From contig CAYQEG010000006.1 of the NCBI GenBank assembly GCA_964416435.1, positions 19,216-83,215 of the forward strand: 64,000 bases of DNA. The letters are read 5' to 3'. Shown one piece after another: positions 1 to 12,878 of the stretch. How positions within the stretch are numbered: the stretch's first letter is position 1; every line of letters starts with the position of its first letter. The position numbers and the translations under genes were made by a program. The notes under the pieces were generated by a model. That model was not told the origin of the DNA. It saw nothing but the letters and a program-made list of their open reading frames with translations, and did not search any database. The stretch comes from an uncultured Rickettsiales bacterium. Its GTDB lineage: Bacteria; Myxococcota_A; UBA796; UBA9615.

Positions 1-1026
<1,026 letters not shown>

Positions 1027-1029
1027 GAC

Positions 1030-1515
1030 TCACTCCTCGCCCTCGGGCGGCCGGAGCGTACCGGGCTGGCCCATCGCCGTCCACAGCGCCTGCTCCGCGG
1101 CCTCCATCACCGCCCGCTCCCCGACCTCGTGGTGGTCGTGGCCGAGCAGGTGGAGGGCGCCGTGGATGAGGAGGAACAGGACCTCGTCAATCAAGTCCCA
1201 CTGACCTTCGATGACCCGACCCGCGGCGGTCTCCAGGCTGATCACGACGTCGCCGAGCACGCCCCCCTCCCCCATCGGGAACGCCAAGACGTCCGTCGCG
1301 GCGTCGACGTCCCGCCATCGCGCGTTGAGGGGGCGGATGCCGGCGTCGTCCATGAGCACGATCGACAGCTCGTGGGGCGGCGGGATGTCGGCCAGCTCCG
1401 GTCGGTCCGCGAGCAGACGCATCAACTGGACCGCGCGGGGGCGCAGCGCAGCGGCGTCCGCGTCGGGACCGTCGATCCAGACCGTGGGCTCAGACGGCCC
1501 GGAGGCCTCAGCCAT
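1030..1515 (-). CDS. ybeY: rRNA maturation endoribonuclease YbeY
   Basis: The 161-aa protein carries the HGALHLLGHDH zinc-binding motif. Its stop lies 3 nt upstream of the prfB ATG. Confidence 0.9.
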   Translation of the reverse strand: MAEASGPSEPTVWIDGPDADAAALRPRAVQLMRLLADRPELADIPPPHELSIVLMDDAGIRPLNARWRDVDAATDVLAFPMGEGGVLGDVVISLETAAGRVIEGQWDLIDEVLFLLIHGALHLLGHDHHEVGERAVMEAAEQALWTAMGQPGTLRPPEGEE

Positions 1516-4116
1516 CGCCGTCCTTGGCCGCCTCTGCGTCGGCGAGGGCGCTCCGGGCGAGCTCGCCCGTCGTGCTGATCTCGACCGGCTCCAGGTTCTG
1601 GTCGGCCGCCCCCATACGCTCAGCGGCGGCCTGCTCCAGCGGGTGGGGGGCGTCCGGCGGCGGGGTCATCGACGGCACCTCGAGCGTCAGCGAGGACGCG
1701 GGGATCGCCCGCGCCTTGCTCTCGGACGGGTCGGGGGCGCGGGGGTACTCGATGCGGTGGTGGTGGATGCCGAGCAGCACCTGGATGAACGTCTCGCCGA
1801 CGGTGTGCAGGTCCTTGAGCGTGAGCGGGCACTCGTCCAGCTGACCGTCGGCGACGACCGAGTTGACGATCTTGCTGACCCGCGCCCGGATCGCCCCCTC
1901 GGTGTGGGTCGACAGCGAGCGGGTCGCCGCTTCGACCCCGTCCGCCATCATCATGATCGCGGCTTCCTTGGTCTGCGGCTTCGGTCCGGGGTAGCGGAAC
2001 GAGGACTCCTGCACCTCGCCCTTGGACGGATCGGCCTGTTGGAGGGCCTTGTTGTAGAAGAAGGAGACCCGAGAGGTGCCGTGGTGCTGCGGGATCATGT
2101 CGATGATCGGCCGCGGCAGCCCATGCTGGATCCCCAGCTGGATCCCCTCCTTGACGTGGTTGGTGATCACCAGCGCCGACATCGTCGGTGTCAGTCGATC
2201 GTGAGGGTTCTCTCCGTCCCGTTGGTTCTCGATGAAGTAGCCGGGCTTGAGCATCTTGCCGACGTCGTGGAAGTAGGCGCCGACGCGCACCAGGAGGCTG
2301 TTGGAGTGGATCGCCTCCGCCGCCGCTTCGGCGAGCGAGCCGACCACCATCGAGTGGTGGTAGGTGCCCGGCGCCTTGACGATCATGTCCCGCACCAGCG
2401 GGTGGTTCAGGTTGCTGAGCTCCAGCAGCTTGCTGTCCGTTACGAAGCCGAGGGGCTCGAGCACGGGCACCAGGCCGACCGCCAGCACGCCGGAGATGAG
2501 GCCTCCGCCGAGGGCGAAGAGGATGTGATAGAGCGAGCCGGTGAGCGACTCGACGGCGACCGCGGAGCCGGACAGGCCGGTCAACGCGACCACGTCCAGG
2601 GTGATCACCATCGCCACGTTGGCGAGCGCCGCCACGAACCCTGCGCGGACCAGCCGCCCCCGCTCGCTGGCGTGGCCGACGCCACCCGCCGCGGCCATCG
2701 CCGAGGCCAGGTAGTAGACCCCGAGCCAGGGTGAGCCGCCGCCGATGTCGGCGCACACGATCGCCGTCGCGACCGCCCACACGAGGACGGTCTCCGAGTT
2801 CATCAGCGTGCGCACGATGATGCCGCCCACGGCCACCGGCACGGCGAACGCGAACGCGCTCGGGGGGAGCGAGCCGACGACGTCCTGCAGGCCGATCCCG
2901 AGGGCGCGGAGGAGGCGCGCGGTCGCCGCGGCGAGCAGGAGGAGCGCGGCCATCGCGATCAGGTCGTAGAACCGCCGCCGGAACTTGCTGATGAAGCGCA
3001 CGCTGAAGCGCTCGAGCAGCCCGAGGAAGAGGGCCAGCAGCACCGTCAACGCCAGCATGTGCCGCACCGGCGAGTACGCGCGGGCGCCCGCGTTCATCTC
3101 GTCGAGCACCGCGAGGGTCCAGCTCGTCACCTCGTCGCCCGCCCGGATGACGATCTGTCCCTTCTGGTAGGTCGTCGTGACCGGCTGCACCGAGCCCGCC
3201 GCGAGCTGGCGCCGGACCTCCGTCTCCGAGGCGTCGAACCGGAGGTTGGGCACGACGAGCTGCTCGGCGACGTGCACGACGGCCTGCCGGACGTGGGCCG
3301 GGCGGTCGCGGAAGTTGCGCTCCGCCTCTTCGGCCACGAACCGCTGGGCGCCGGCCAGGTCGCGCACCCGCGAGAAGTCGTCGAGCGGGAACTCGTTGGT
3401 GCTGCTCCCCTCGACCCGGACCACGCGGACTTCGCCCTCCGCGGGCAGCTCGGCTCGCGACTGCACGACGTACTCGGTCATCGCGGCCCGCACCAGTTCG
3501 GCGACGTCCCGCTGGACTTCGGCGCTGAAGCCGGTCATCTGCAGGGACGCGAGGTGGGTCTCGTCGATCTCCACGCCGAGCCCCGACTCGAACTGGTCGA
3601 GCCGCAGCTGGAGCGCGCCGGGGTCGATCGTGGCGCGGGCCGGCTCCTCGGGCTCGGGCTGCTCCTCGGGGGTGACATCCTCGCCGTCTTCGACGGGCGT
3701 CGCCTCCGGCTCGGGCCCGGGGTCCGGGGTGGCCACCGCCGTCGCGGACTCGAACCAGGCCCGGGTGTCGGTGAACGTCGCCTCGATCTTGTCCTGCACA
3801 CCGCGCGCGAGCAGGACGTCGTGCTCGAACACCAGCGAGACCGACGTGCGGGCCTGCTCCCTCTTCTCGTCGCTCAGCGCGGCGTCGACCACCTCGACGG
3901 TCTGGCTGGCGCGGATGTCCTGCGCCGCGATGTCCCCGTCGGTCAGCCCGCGGGCGCCCGACAGCGGGCTCCACTCGACCATCAGGGACGCGAGCAGGCC
4001 GGCCGTGATGACGGCCAGGATCATCCGGGAGGCCCGCGGGTGGGCGGTCACCCAGCCGGGCGTCCGGTGGGCGTCGCCCCCCTTGCGGGTCTTCCGCTGC
4101 GGCTTGGGCCTGGTCT

Positions 4117-4120
<4 letters not shown>
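1508..4120 (-). CDS. 7TM receptor with intracellular HD/HDIG phosphohydrolase domain (PgpH/YqfF-like)
   Basis: The 870-aa protein has multiple TM helices (LALTVLLALFLGLL..., IAMAALLLLAAATARLL...). A C-terminal HD domain follows (HHSMVVGSLAEAAAEAIHSN...YFHDVGKMLKPGYFIENQ). It sits in the conserved position between phoH and ybeY, and the start may be an internal Met. Confidence 0.85.
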
Positions 4121-5178
<1,058 letters not shown>

Positions 5179-5252
5179 GGGAATCTACCACGTGGGCGCA
5201 TGGGAGAGCCGCGAGGCGGCCGCTGCTCAGAGTGCGTGGGGGCCAGCGTTCT

Positions 5253-6923
5253 TCAGCGCTCGACGAAGAGGAGCACGATGACCAGGGCGCCGGCGGCGTG
5301 CTCTCCGAGGGGCTCGGGGAGCCGGACGATGCCGACGCCCAGCTCGGTGAACCGCTGGTCGAAGCTGTGGGCTACCCGGTCGACCGCGTCCGGTTGGGCG
5401 GTTACGACCATGTCGATGCCGACGTCCCGGGCGTTGAGGAAGTGGAACCGCACCTCCTCGGCCAGGGCCTCGCGCCGCTCCCGGGGCATGCGCGCCTGAC
5501 CCCCTTCGTAGATGTCCTCGGCGGCGGCGCGGGCGTAGCCGGCGAGGCTGTCCCGGACCTTCAGCGGGGCCAGGCCCCGCGCCTTGCGGCGGTCGTTGAT
5601 TCGATTGGCCACCGCAGCCTCCCAGTCGCCGCCTTCACCGCTGGAGTCGAGCAGCGTCGCGAACACCTCGGACGCAGTCGCGGACCAACGCCCCGCGGCG
5701 TCGCGGGTGAGCACGACGCCGACCCCGCCGGAGGTGACGTCCGGGTCCAGGAGGTTGGCGCGGTGGGCGGGGCTCGCCATGAGCGCCGCGTGGGCCTGTC
5801 CGACGTCCGCGGCGCGGGCGATGTTCTCCGTCGCGCGGCCCGCCGTGAGCCCCTCGGCGGCCAGCCGGTCCAGCGCCGTGCCGGACTCGGTGTGGTGGCC
5901 GAACGGCCCCGAAGCGACCTCCCGGGCGTGGGTGCGCGCGGCCCGGGTCATGGCGGGGTTCCGGCGCAGCGGCGGGAGCCCCCGGGCTCGGCGGGTCGCC
6001 GAGATGAGCGACCACAGGCGGTCCTCGGCGGCCCGGGCGTCGTCGGGCGTGGGGGCGCGGTCGGGCCCGGTCGTGCTCCCCGCGATCCAGCCGGTGCTGT
6101 CCAGCGGCTGCTCCCCCGGCTCGGTCCGCTCGTAGGGCGTCCAGGCGACCGGCCCGTCGTCGGGGAACGGCGCGGCGGGGTCCGGCGGGGTCCGCGCCGG
6201 CGCACGCTCGACCACGGCCGTCTCGCCCTCGGAGTGGGGCCAGAGGGCGAGGACCTCGGGGCCAGTCGGCCCTTCGGCGAGCAGCTCGAACAGCCAGCGG
6301 CCGGCCATCGGGGTGTGGTCGGCGAGCTGCCAGGCGTCGCCCGCGGCGGCGAGGTCCCGGCGCTCCACCGAGCCGTCGGGCCGGGTCGCGAAGAGCACAG
6401 GATCGGCGTAGGCGCCGGGGATGAGGACGTGATCGGGGCGCCCCGCCAGCTCGGTGAACGAGACCGTGCGCCGGCTGAGGACCACCGCGACGCTCGTTCG
6501 GTGGCCACGCCGCGCCGCGCCCACCGCGACGCTGTTGTAGCGCTCCCAGGGCACGGCCCGGTCGTCGAGCAGCGGCTCGAGTTGAGCGACGACGTCGCCT
6601 TCGTCGGTCGCCACCACGAGCGGGAGGAACTCGAAGTCGCGGACATTCTCCGCCCACAGCCGCTCGCGCACGGCGGCGGGATCACCGCGGCCATACAGGC
6701 CCTCGGACGCGGTCCAGCGGGCCACCACGCCGAGGCGTGAGTCCTCGATCAGGACCCGGTCGGTGTGGCGGCCCAGTCGCTCACGCACCAGGGCGTCGGC
6801 GCGCTCACGCAGCTCGGCCAGGGTCTCGGCCCGGGCGGGTCCCGGGGCGCCAAACAGGCACGCAAACAGCGTCAGGGCGAGCGCCAGGACGACAACTTCG
6901 TGGCGGTCTGTTGCTCGGCTCAT
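5253..6923 (-). CDS. secreted protein with two CAP/SCP (PR-1-like) domains
   Basis: An internal Met at 6923 gives a signal-peptide-like N-terminus, [32 protein letters not shown]. Two CAP-like blocks follow ([29 protein letters not shown]...[21 protein letters not shown] and [32 protein letters not shown]). The track's 5253..7859 ORF adds 312 upstream codons that overlap ald on the other strand. Confidence 0.7.
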   Translation of the reverse strand: MSRATDRHEVVVLALALTLFACLFGAPGPARAETLAELRERADALVRERLGRHTDRVLIEDSRLGVVARWTASEGLYGRGDPAAVRERLWAENVRDFEFLPLVVATDEGDVVAQLEPLLDDRAVPWERYNSVAVGAARRGHRTSVAVVLSRRTVSFTELAGRPDHVLIPGAYADPVLFATRPDGSVERRDLAAAGDAWQLADHTPMAGRWLFELLAEGPTGPEVLALWPHSEGETAVVERAPARTPPDPAAPFPDDGPVAWTPYERTEPGEQPLDSTGWIAGSTTGPDRAPTPDDARAAEDRLWSLISATRRARGLPPLRRNPAMTRAARTHAREVASGPFGHHTESGTALDRLAAEGLTAGRATENIARAADVGQAHAALMASPAHRANLLDPDVTSGGVGVVLTRDAAGRWSATASEVFATLLDSSGEGGDWEAAVANRINDRRKARGLAPLKVRDSLAGYARAAAEDIYEGGQARMPRERREALAEEVRFHFLNARDVGIDMVVTAQPDAVDRVAHSFDQRFTELGVGIVRLPEPLGEHAAGALVIVLLFVER

Positions 6924-6962
6924 CTTGTCTCTAATATCGACGTCCCCTTCACGGAGTATCGG

Positions 6963-8081
6963 ATGATCATCGGCGTCCCCAAGGAGATCAAGGCACAGGA
7001 GTATCGGGTCGGGCTCGTCCCCTCCGGCGTCAAGGCGCTGGTGGACCATGGCCATCGCGTGCTCGTGCAGCAAGGCGCAGGCGTCGGAGCGGGCCTCTCG
7101 GACGAGGAGTATGTACGGCAGGGGGCCGAGATCGCGCCCGACGCCACGTCCGTCTGGTCGGGCGCGGACATGGTCGTCAAGGTCAAGGAGCCGGTCCGGA
7201 ACGACGTCGAGGACGAGTACAGCCTCATGCGGCCGGGCCAGCTGCTCTACACCTACCTGCACCTGGCCCCGAACCCGACCCTCACGCGGGCGCTGCTCGA
7301 GCGCGAGGTCATCGGCGTCGCGTACGAGACGATCACCGACCCGACGGGCGGAACGCCCCTGCTCGAGCCCATGTCCGAGGTGGCCGGGCGCATGTCCGTG
7401 CAGGCCGGCGCGTCGTGCCTGGAGAAGCAGGCGGGCGGCCGCGGCGTGCTGCTCGGCGGGGTTCCCGGGGTGGAGCCTGGCGTCGTCGTGATCATCGGGG
7501 CCGGGATCGTGGGCCGGAACGCTGCGAAGATCGCGGTGGGCCTCGGCGCCGAGGTCTGGCTGCTCGACCTGAACCTGCGCATCCTGCGGTACTGCGACGA
7601 CATCTGGGGCAGCCGCGTCAAGACGCTGGCGAGCAACCAGGTCAACATCGCCAAGGCGCTGCGACGCGCCGATCTGCTGGTCGGTGCGGTCTACAACATC
7701 GGCGCCCGCACCCCGGTGCTGGTCACGCGCGACATGCTCTCCCTGATGAAGGAGGGCGCCGTGATCGTCGACGTCGCGGTCGACCAGGGCGGCTGCGTCG
7801 AGAGCACCCGGCCGACGACTCACGCCGACCCGACCTTCGTGCTCGACGGCATCGTGCACTACGGCGTCGCCAACATGCCCGGCGCGGTCTCCCGGACCAG
7901 CACCTTCGCCCTGACCAACGCGACCCTGCCGTACGCCGTGCAGCTGGCCAACCTGGGGGTCGAAGAGGCGGTCACGCGCTCCCCCGGGCTCCGCCCCGGC
8001 GTCAACGTGTACCGCGGCGCGGTGACCTACGAGCCGGTCGCGGCGAGCCTGGACATGCCGGTCCAGTCGCTGCCGTTCTGA
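6963..8081 (+). CDS. ald: alanine dehydrogenase
   Basis: [22 protein letters not shown]... with NAD-binding [24 protein letters not shown]. The full-length 372-aa family match begins at ATG 6963, in frame with track ORF 6765..8081. Confidence 0.9.
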   Translation: MIIGVPKEIKAQEYRVGLVPSGVKALVDHGHRVLVQQGAGVGAGLSDEEYVRQGAEIAPDATSVWSGADMVVKVKEPVRNDVEDEYSLMRPGQLLYTYLHLAPNPTLTRALLEREVIGVAYETITDPTGGTPLLEPMSEVAGRMSVQAGASCLEKQAGGRGVLLGGVPGVEPGVVVIIGAGIVGRNAAKIAVGLGAEVWLLDLNLRILRYCDDIWGSRVKTLASNQVNIAKALRRADLLVGAVYNIGARTPVLVTRDMLSLMKEGAVIVDVAVDQGGCVESTRPTTHADPTFVLDGIVHYGVANMPGAVSRTSTFALTNATLPYAVQLANLGVEEAVTRSPGLRPGVNVYRGAVTYEPVAASLDMPVQSLPF

Positions 8082-8084
8082 GTC

Positions 8085-8099
8085 GGGGGCTCAGCCCCG
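8085..8099 (+). terminator. GC-rich hairpin (GGGGC tca GCCCC) immediately after the ald stop, followed by the palindrome GGCGCCtGGCGCC (8104-8116)
   Basis: A 5-bp G/C stem and 3-nt loop lie 4 nt after the TGA. There is no U-tract, which is common in high-GC genomes. It sits between convergent genes. Confidence 0.25.
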
Positions 8100-8273
8100 C
8101 CGTGGCGCCTGGCGCCTAGAGACCTGACCAACAGTCCGCTCGGTCGCCCCGCGGACCGATGGGGACGATCTCTGCGTCGCTCGTCGTCGAGTGTCCCGAC
8201 ACGCTTCCTCCTCGCTCCTTGACCTCGTCCCCCTCGGCCTCACGGTGCTCGGTCGGGACTATTGGTCACGCCT

Positions 8274-9857
8274 CTAGCCTCGTCCCGACTTGCGCGCCTT
8301 GTAGAGCTTCGTCGCCGCCATGAAGACGGCGGAGCTGATGTTGCGGTTCGTCGAGACCAGCTTCAGATCCTTGACGTGCAGGCTGTTCAGCATCGTGATC
8401 GCCGTCGGGATCGGTGTCTTGGGGTTGTTCACGAGCGCGACCTTGATCGGGTACTTGCGCAGGTACTCGCGGTTCTCCGTCAGCGCGCGGATGACCTCCT
8501 CGTTGATCGCGCGGTTGGTCGCGATCGTCGAGACCTCCTGGTCCGTGATCCGGCCCGACTTGACCACCGCCACGCCGACCAGCTTGTTGCTGTCCCGCAC
8601 CAGCAGCTCCCGCACCGCCTTGTTGCCCTTGTAGGCGAGCTTGATCTTCTGGCCGACGGTCATCTTGCTGATCGCCATGGCCACGGACTCGCGGACGTCG
8701 TCGTCGTCCGCGCCGTCGTCGTCGATGAACTCGGAGCCGAAGTCGGTCGTCTCCTCCTTGAAGTCGAAGGAGAAGTCCGACCCGGCGAGGGAGCTCATCC
8801 CGGAGAGGTCCACGTCCTCCGCGCCCGCCCCGGACACCGACCCGAGCTCCTCGGCGTTGGCGCCCGTCAGCGCGCTGGTGTCGACCACCAACGGTGGCGC
8901 CGCGGGCTCCCCTGCGACCGCCGGCCCGGTGCCCGTGGCGAGGCCCTCGGGCGGCGCGACGAAGTCGGGGTGGTCCGGGATCCCCCAGTCGGCGAACAGG
9001 GCGCCCAGCGGGTTCAGCAGCCCCGCGGGCGCGCTGTACTGCTCCTCGGGAGGGGCCGGGATGTAGACCTCGCCGGGCACGAAATCCGCCGGCAGCTCGC
9101 CGGGCTCGGTCGCCTGCCACAGGGGGGCCCCGACGACGTCGTCCGGGGGTGGCCCGCCGACGACGGGCGGGGGCGGCGAGACGGACGGCGGCGCGGTGGG
9201 CGGGGCCGCCGCTGCCGCAGCCGCCTGGGAGGCTGCTTCGGCCTGGCGGGCCGCCTCCGCGATCGCCTCCTGCTCCTTGCGCTGCGCCTCGGCCGCGACC
9301 GCGAGCTCGTCGGCGTCCGGCATCTCGATGCCGTAGAGGCGGTGGAAGCTCTTGACCCGGTCGCACAGGGCGGCGGAGGCGTTCGGGTTGCGCTGCAGGA
9401 AGGTGTAGATCTGCGGCGTGATGATCAGCCGCTCCTGGTTGCCCGCGACCATCTCGCAGATCCGCTCGCTGCCCTTCTCGGCGAGGTAGCAGATCGTCTT
9501 GTCGTTGGCCTGGTGCAGCAGCGCGACGCGCTCCATGAGCCGGCGGTCGTTCAGCCGGCGGTAGGCGACGAACTCGATGATCTTGGGGTGCGTCTTGCGA
9601 TCGATCAGCCCCAGGAGGCGATCCTCGGGCATCTCCGAGAGGGTGCGGCCCGCCTCCTGGGCGACCTCCTCGTCGCCGTCCCCGATGAGGACGTACTGCA
9701 TCGCCAGGAGGGCCTTGGGGGGCGCCGGCAGGAGCCCCTTGGCGACGGCCATCTTGCCGCGGCTGGGGGCCTCCGGAGAGATGTGCTTGCGCAACGCCTC
9801 GGGGACCTCGAGGCGGTCACAGATCGCCTCGAAGCTGGTGGGCTCGACTCGTGCCAT
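8274..9857 (-). CDS. hypothetical protein; N- and C-terminal helical-repeat-like domains joined by a poly-Ala/Pro/acidic low-complexity linker
   Basis: The 527-aa protein has balanced composition and G/C-rich third positions. Overlapping alternative-frame ORFs (8262..9974+, 8266..9366-) are Arg/Gly-rich. I recognise no family. Confidence 0.65.
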   Translation of the reverse strand: MARVEPTSFEAICDRLEVPEALRKHISPEAPSRGKMAVAKGLLPAPPKALLAMQYVLIGDGDEEVAQEAGRTLSEMPEDRLLGLIDRKTHPKIIEFVAYRRLNDRRLMERVALLHQANDKTICYLAEKGSERICEMVAGNQERLIITPQIYTFLQRNPNASAALCDRVKSFHRLYGIEMPDADELAVAAEAQRKEQEAIAEAARQAEAASQAAAAAAAPPTAPPSVSPPPPVVGGPPPDDVVGAPLWQATEPGELPADFVPGEVYIPAPPEEQYSAPAGLLNPLGALFADWGIPDHPDFVAPPEGLATGTGPAVAGEPAAPPLVVDTSALTGANAEELGSVSGAGAEDVDLSGMSSLAGSDFSFDFKEETTDFGSEFIDDDGADDDDVRESVAMAISKMTVGQKIKLAYKGNKAVRELLVRDSNKLVGVAVVKSGRITDQEVSTIATNRAINEEVIRALTENREYLRKYPIKVALVNNPKTPIPTAITMLNSLHVKDLKLVSTNRNISSAVFMAATKLYKARKSGRG

Positions 9858-9895
9858 CCGTCGATCCTACCGGACCGACTCCGGGCCGGCGAAGG

Positions 9896-11974
9896 CTACT
9901 CGTCGTCGTCGGCGAGCCGGGCCTTGGCTTCGGCGACGACCTTGTCCTGCAGGTGGGAGGGCACCGGGTCGTAGCCGTGCAGCTTCATGGTGTAGCTGCC
10001 CTTGCCGCCGGTCATCGAGTTCAGGTCCGGGGCGTAGCTGAGGATCTCGGCGAGGGGGACCTGCGCGATGACCACCGAGTTGCGGCCGCGCGTCTCCATC
10101 GTCTGGATGCGGCCTCGGCGGCTGTTCATGTCGCCCATGATGTCGCCGATGGCGTCCTCCGGGACGACGATCTCCATGTCGTAGATCGGCTCCAGGAGCA
10201 CCGGCCGGGACTGCATGATCGCCTGCTTGATCGCGTGGCGGCCGGCGATCTGGAACGCGATGTCCTTGCTGTCGACGGGGTGGAACTTGCCGTCGTACAG
10301 CGTGACCTTGATGTCGACGACCGGGAAGCCGGCGAGGATGCCGCCCGCCATGGCGCTGCGCACGCCCTTGTCGACCGACGGGATCAGGGTGTGGGGGATG
10401 ACGCCGCCGACGATGTTGTTGACGAACTCGTACCCCGCGCCCCGCTCGTTCGGCTCGACCCGGATCGCGACCTCACCGAACTGGCCGGCCCCGCCCGTCT
10501 GCTTCTTGTGGCGGTACCGCACGTCGGACTTGCCGGCGATGGTCTCCATGTACGGGACCGTCGGGGTGCCGAGGTCGACCGCCACGCCGTACTTGCGGGC
10601 CATGCGCTCGAGGGACAGGCGGATGTGGTTGCTGCCCATGCCCGAGACGACGATCTCCTTCGTCACTTCGTCATAGCCCTGCGACAGCCCCGGATCCTCG
10701 GAGAGGACGCGCGACAGCGCGGTCTTGATCTTGTCCTCGTCGCCCCGGTTCTTCGGCGTGACGGTGTACGAGATCATCGGCGGGGGGAGCTCCAGCGGCG
10801 TGACCTTCACGTGGGTCTTGGGCGCCGCAAGGGTGTCGCCGGTGTGGGTGTCCCGGAGCTTGGCGACGCCGAAGATCTCACCGACCGTCGCCGCCTTGCA
10901 GGGGACCTGCTTCTTGCCGACGAGCTGGAACAGCGCGCCCAGCCGCTCGTTGTGCTCGACCCGGGTGTTCTCGACCGGGGTGTCGGAGGTGACGGTGCCA
11001 CGGACGGTGCGGAACAAGGAGATCTGCCCCGCGAAGGGGTCGATGATCGTCTTGAAGCAGAGCGCCGCGACGGGGGCGTCGGGGTCGCCTTCGAGCTCGA
11101 TGTCGCCGGAGTTGTCGGTCGCGGCGCGGCCGGGGCGCTCGTTGGCCGACGGGAACGCCTTGGCGAGCGCGAGCAGCTGGTCGACGCCGACGTTGAGGCC
11201 GGCGGAGCCGATGAGGACCGGGCACAGCGTGCCCGCCTCGATGCCGGAGTGCAGGCCCGACCGGACCTCGTCCGCGGTCAGCTCGCCCTCGTCCAGGTAC
11301 TTCTCGACGAGGTCGTCGTCCGCCATGGAGACGGACTCCATCATCGCTTCGAGCGCCTCGCTCACGGCCTCGTCCAGGTCGGCCGGCACGTCCTGCTCGG
11401 TCGGCGCGCCGCCGTCGCCGTTGTAGATGAGCGCCTTGCGGTTCATCAGGTCGACGACACCGTGGAACCCGGCCTCGGTGCCGATCGGCAGCTGGAGCAG
11501 CACGGGCTCCATGCCGAGCACGTCCCGGACCTCGTTCAGGACGCCGTCGTAGTCCGCCCGCTCGCGGTCCATCTTGTTGACGAAGACGGCCCGCGGCAGC
11601 CCGAGCTCCTCCGCCGCGGTGGACATGCGCTCGGTGTTCACCTCGACCCCGTCCACCGCGGAGACCACCAGGACGGCGGCGTCGACGGCCTGGAGGCTGG
11701 CGCGCCCGTCGTGAAGGAAGTTGCCGTCGCCGGGCGTGTCGATGATGTGATAGGTCAGCCCGCCGCGCTCGGTCGTGAGCATGTGCGACGTGATCGAGCC
11801 TCCACGCTTCTGCTCCTCGTCCTCGAAATCGAAGAGGGACGTGCCGTCGCCGGGTGACCCGAGCCGGGTGTTCAGGCCGGTGAGACGGGCGATGGCGTCG
11901 GCGAGCTGGGTCTTGCCGGCGCCGCCGTGGCCGACGAGTGCAAAGGAGCGGACGGTGGTGGGGTCTGTTGCCAT
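9896..11974 (-). CDS. elongation factor G paralog (EF-G family GTPase)
   Basis: The 692-aa protein has a G1 motif GHGGAGKT, DTPGDGNF, NKMD, and domain IV/V blocks (GGAGQFGEV, YTMKLHGYDP). Confidence 0.9.
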   Translation of the reverse strand: MATDPTTVRSFALVGHGGAGKTQLADAIARLTGLNTRLGSPGDGTSLFDFEDEEQKRGGSITSHMLTTERGGLTYHIIDTPGDGNFLHDGRASLQAVDAAVLVVSAVDGVEVNTERMSTAAEELGLPRAVFVNKMDRERADYDGVLNEVRDVLGMEPVLLQLPIGTEAGFHGVVDLMNRKALIYNGDGGAPTEQDVPADLDEAVSEALEAMMESVSMADDDLVEKYLDEGELTADEVRSGLHSGIEAGTLCPVLIGSAGLNVGVDQLLALAKAFPSANERPGRAATDNSGDIELEGDPDAPVAALCFKTIIDPFAGQISLFRTVRGTVTSDTPVENTRVEHNERLGALFQLVGKKQVPCKAATVGEIFGVAKLRDTHTGDTLAAPKTHVKVTPLELPPPMISYTVTPKNRGDEDKIKTALSRVLSEDPGLSQGYDEVTKEIVVSGMGSNHIRLSLERMARKYGVAVDLGTPTVPYMETIAGKSDVRYRHKKQTGGAGQFGEVAIRVEPNERGAGYEFVNNIVGGVIPHTLIPSVDKGVRSAMAGGILAGFPVVDIKVTLYDGKFHPVDSKDIAFQIAGRHAIKQAIMQSRPVLLEPIYDMEIVVPEDAIGDIMGDMNSRRGRIQTMETRGRNSVVIAQVPLAEILSYAPDLNSMTGGKGSYTMKLHGYDPVPSHLQDKVVAEAKARLADDDE

Positions 11975-12110
11975 GGGTTCTCGCAGTTTGCTTCGACGTG
12001 GCGGCCGGTTCGGGGCCGCTTCACACGCGCGGGCATAGGGAACGGGCCCGCGAGGCGCGCATCCTTACCCAGCCGCCCGATCGAGTCAATGCGGGGTCGA
12101 GGTCGCTCCG

Positions 12111-12878
12111 TCAGCGGCTCTGGCGCTCGTAGATGACCCTCAGGCCCTGGAGCGTCAGGTCGGGGACCACCTGCTCGATCGTCTCGCTCCCTCGGCCGAT
12201 CACCGACGACAGGCCACCGGTCGCGAGGACCCGGGTCGGCTCGGCGAGCTCCGCCCGGATGCGCCGTACGAGCCCGTCGACCATGCCGACGTAGCCGTAG
12301 TACAGGCCCGACTGCATCGAGTGCACCGTGTTCTTGCCGATGACGTGCTCCGGTCGGGCGATCTCGACCCGGGGGAGCTTGCTCGCCTGGCGGAACAGCG
12401 CGTCGGCCGAGATGGAGTAGCCCGGAGCGATCGCCCCGCCGAGGTACTCGCCGCGCTCGGACACGCAGTCGAACGTCGTCGCGGTCCCGAAGTCGACGAC
12501 GATGCAGGGTCCGCCGACCAGCTCGAACGCCGCGATGGAGTTGACGATGCGGTCGGCGCCGACCTCCCGTGGGTTGTCGGCGAGGATCTTCATGCCGGTC
12601 CGCACGCCCGGCCCGACCACCACCGCCTCGGTGTTGAAGTACCGGGAGCAGGTGCGGCGGAACACGTGGAGCTGGTCGGGCACGACGCACGAGATGATCG
12701 CGCCGTCGATCTGGGAGCCGTCCAGGCCCGCGTGGGCAAACAGGTCGTGCAGGAGCACCCCGGTCTCGTCCGCGGTGCGGCCGTCGACCGTGCGGATGCG
12801 GAACCGCCGGGTCAGTTGGTCTCCGTCGTAGACCCCCAGCACGATGTTGGTGTTGCCGACATCCACGACCAGCAGCAT
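12111..12878 (-). CDS. coaX: type III pantothenate kinase
   Basis: MLLVVDVGNTNIVLGVY... and DFGTATTFD. An internal Met at 12878 makes an ATGA overlap with the birA stop, so the track's upstream 109 codons are rejected. Confidence 0.9.
   Translation of the reverse strand: MLLVVDVGNTNIVLGVYDGDQLTRRFRIRTVDGRTADETGVLLHDLFAHAGLDGSQIDGAIISCVVPDQLHVFRRTCSRYFNTEAVVVGPGVRTGMKILADNPREVGADRIVNSIAAFELVGGPCIVVDFGTATTFDCVSERGEYLGGAIAPGYSISADALFRQASKLPRVEIARPEHVIGKNTVHSMQSGLYYGYVGMVDGLVRRIRAELAEPTRVLATGGLSSVIGRGSETIEQVVPDLTLQGLRVIYERQSR

Noticed and set aside
6924-7859. Upstream 312 codons of track ORF 5253..7859
   Set aside because: They are antisense to alanine dehydrogenase. The CAP protein has a signal peptide starting at the internal Met at 6923.
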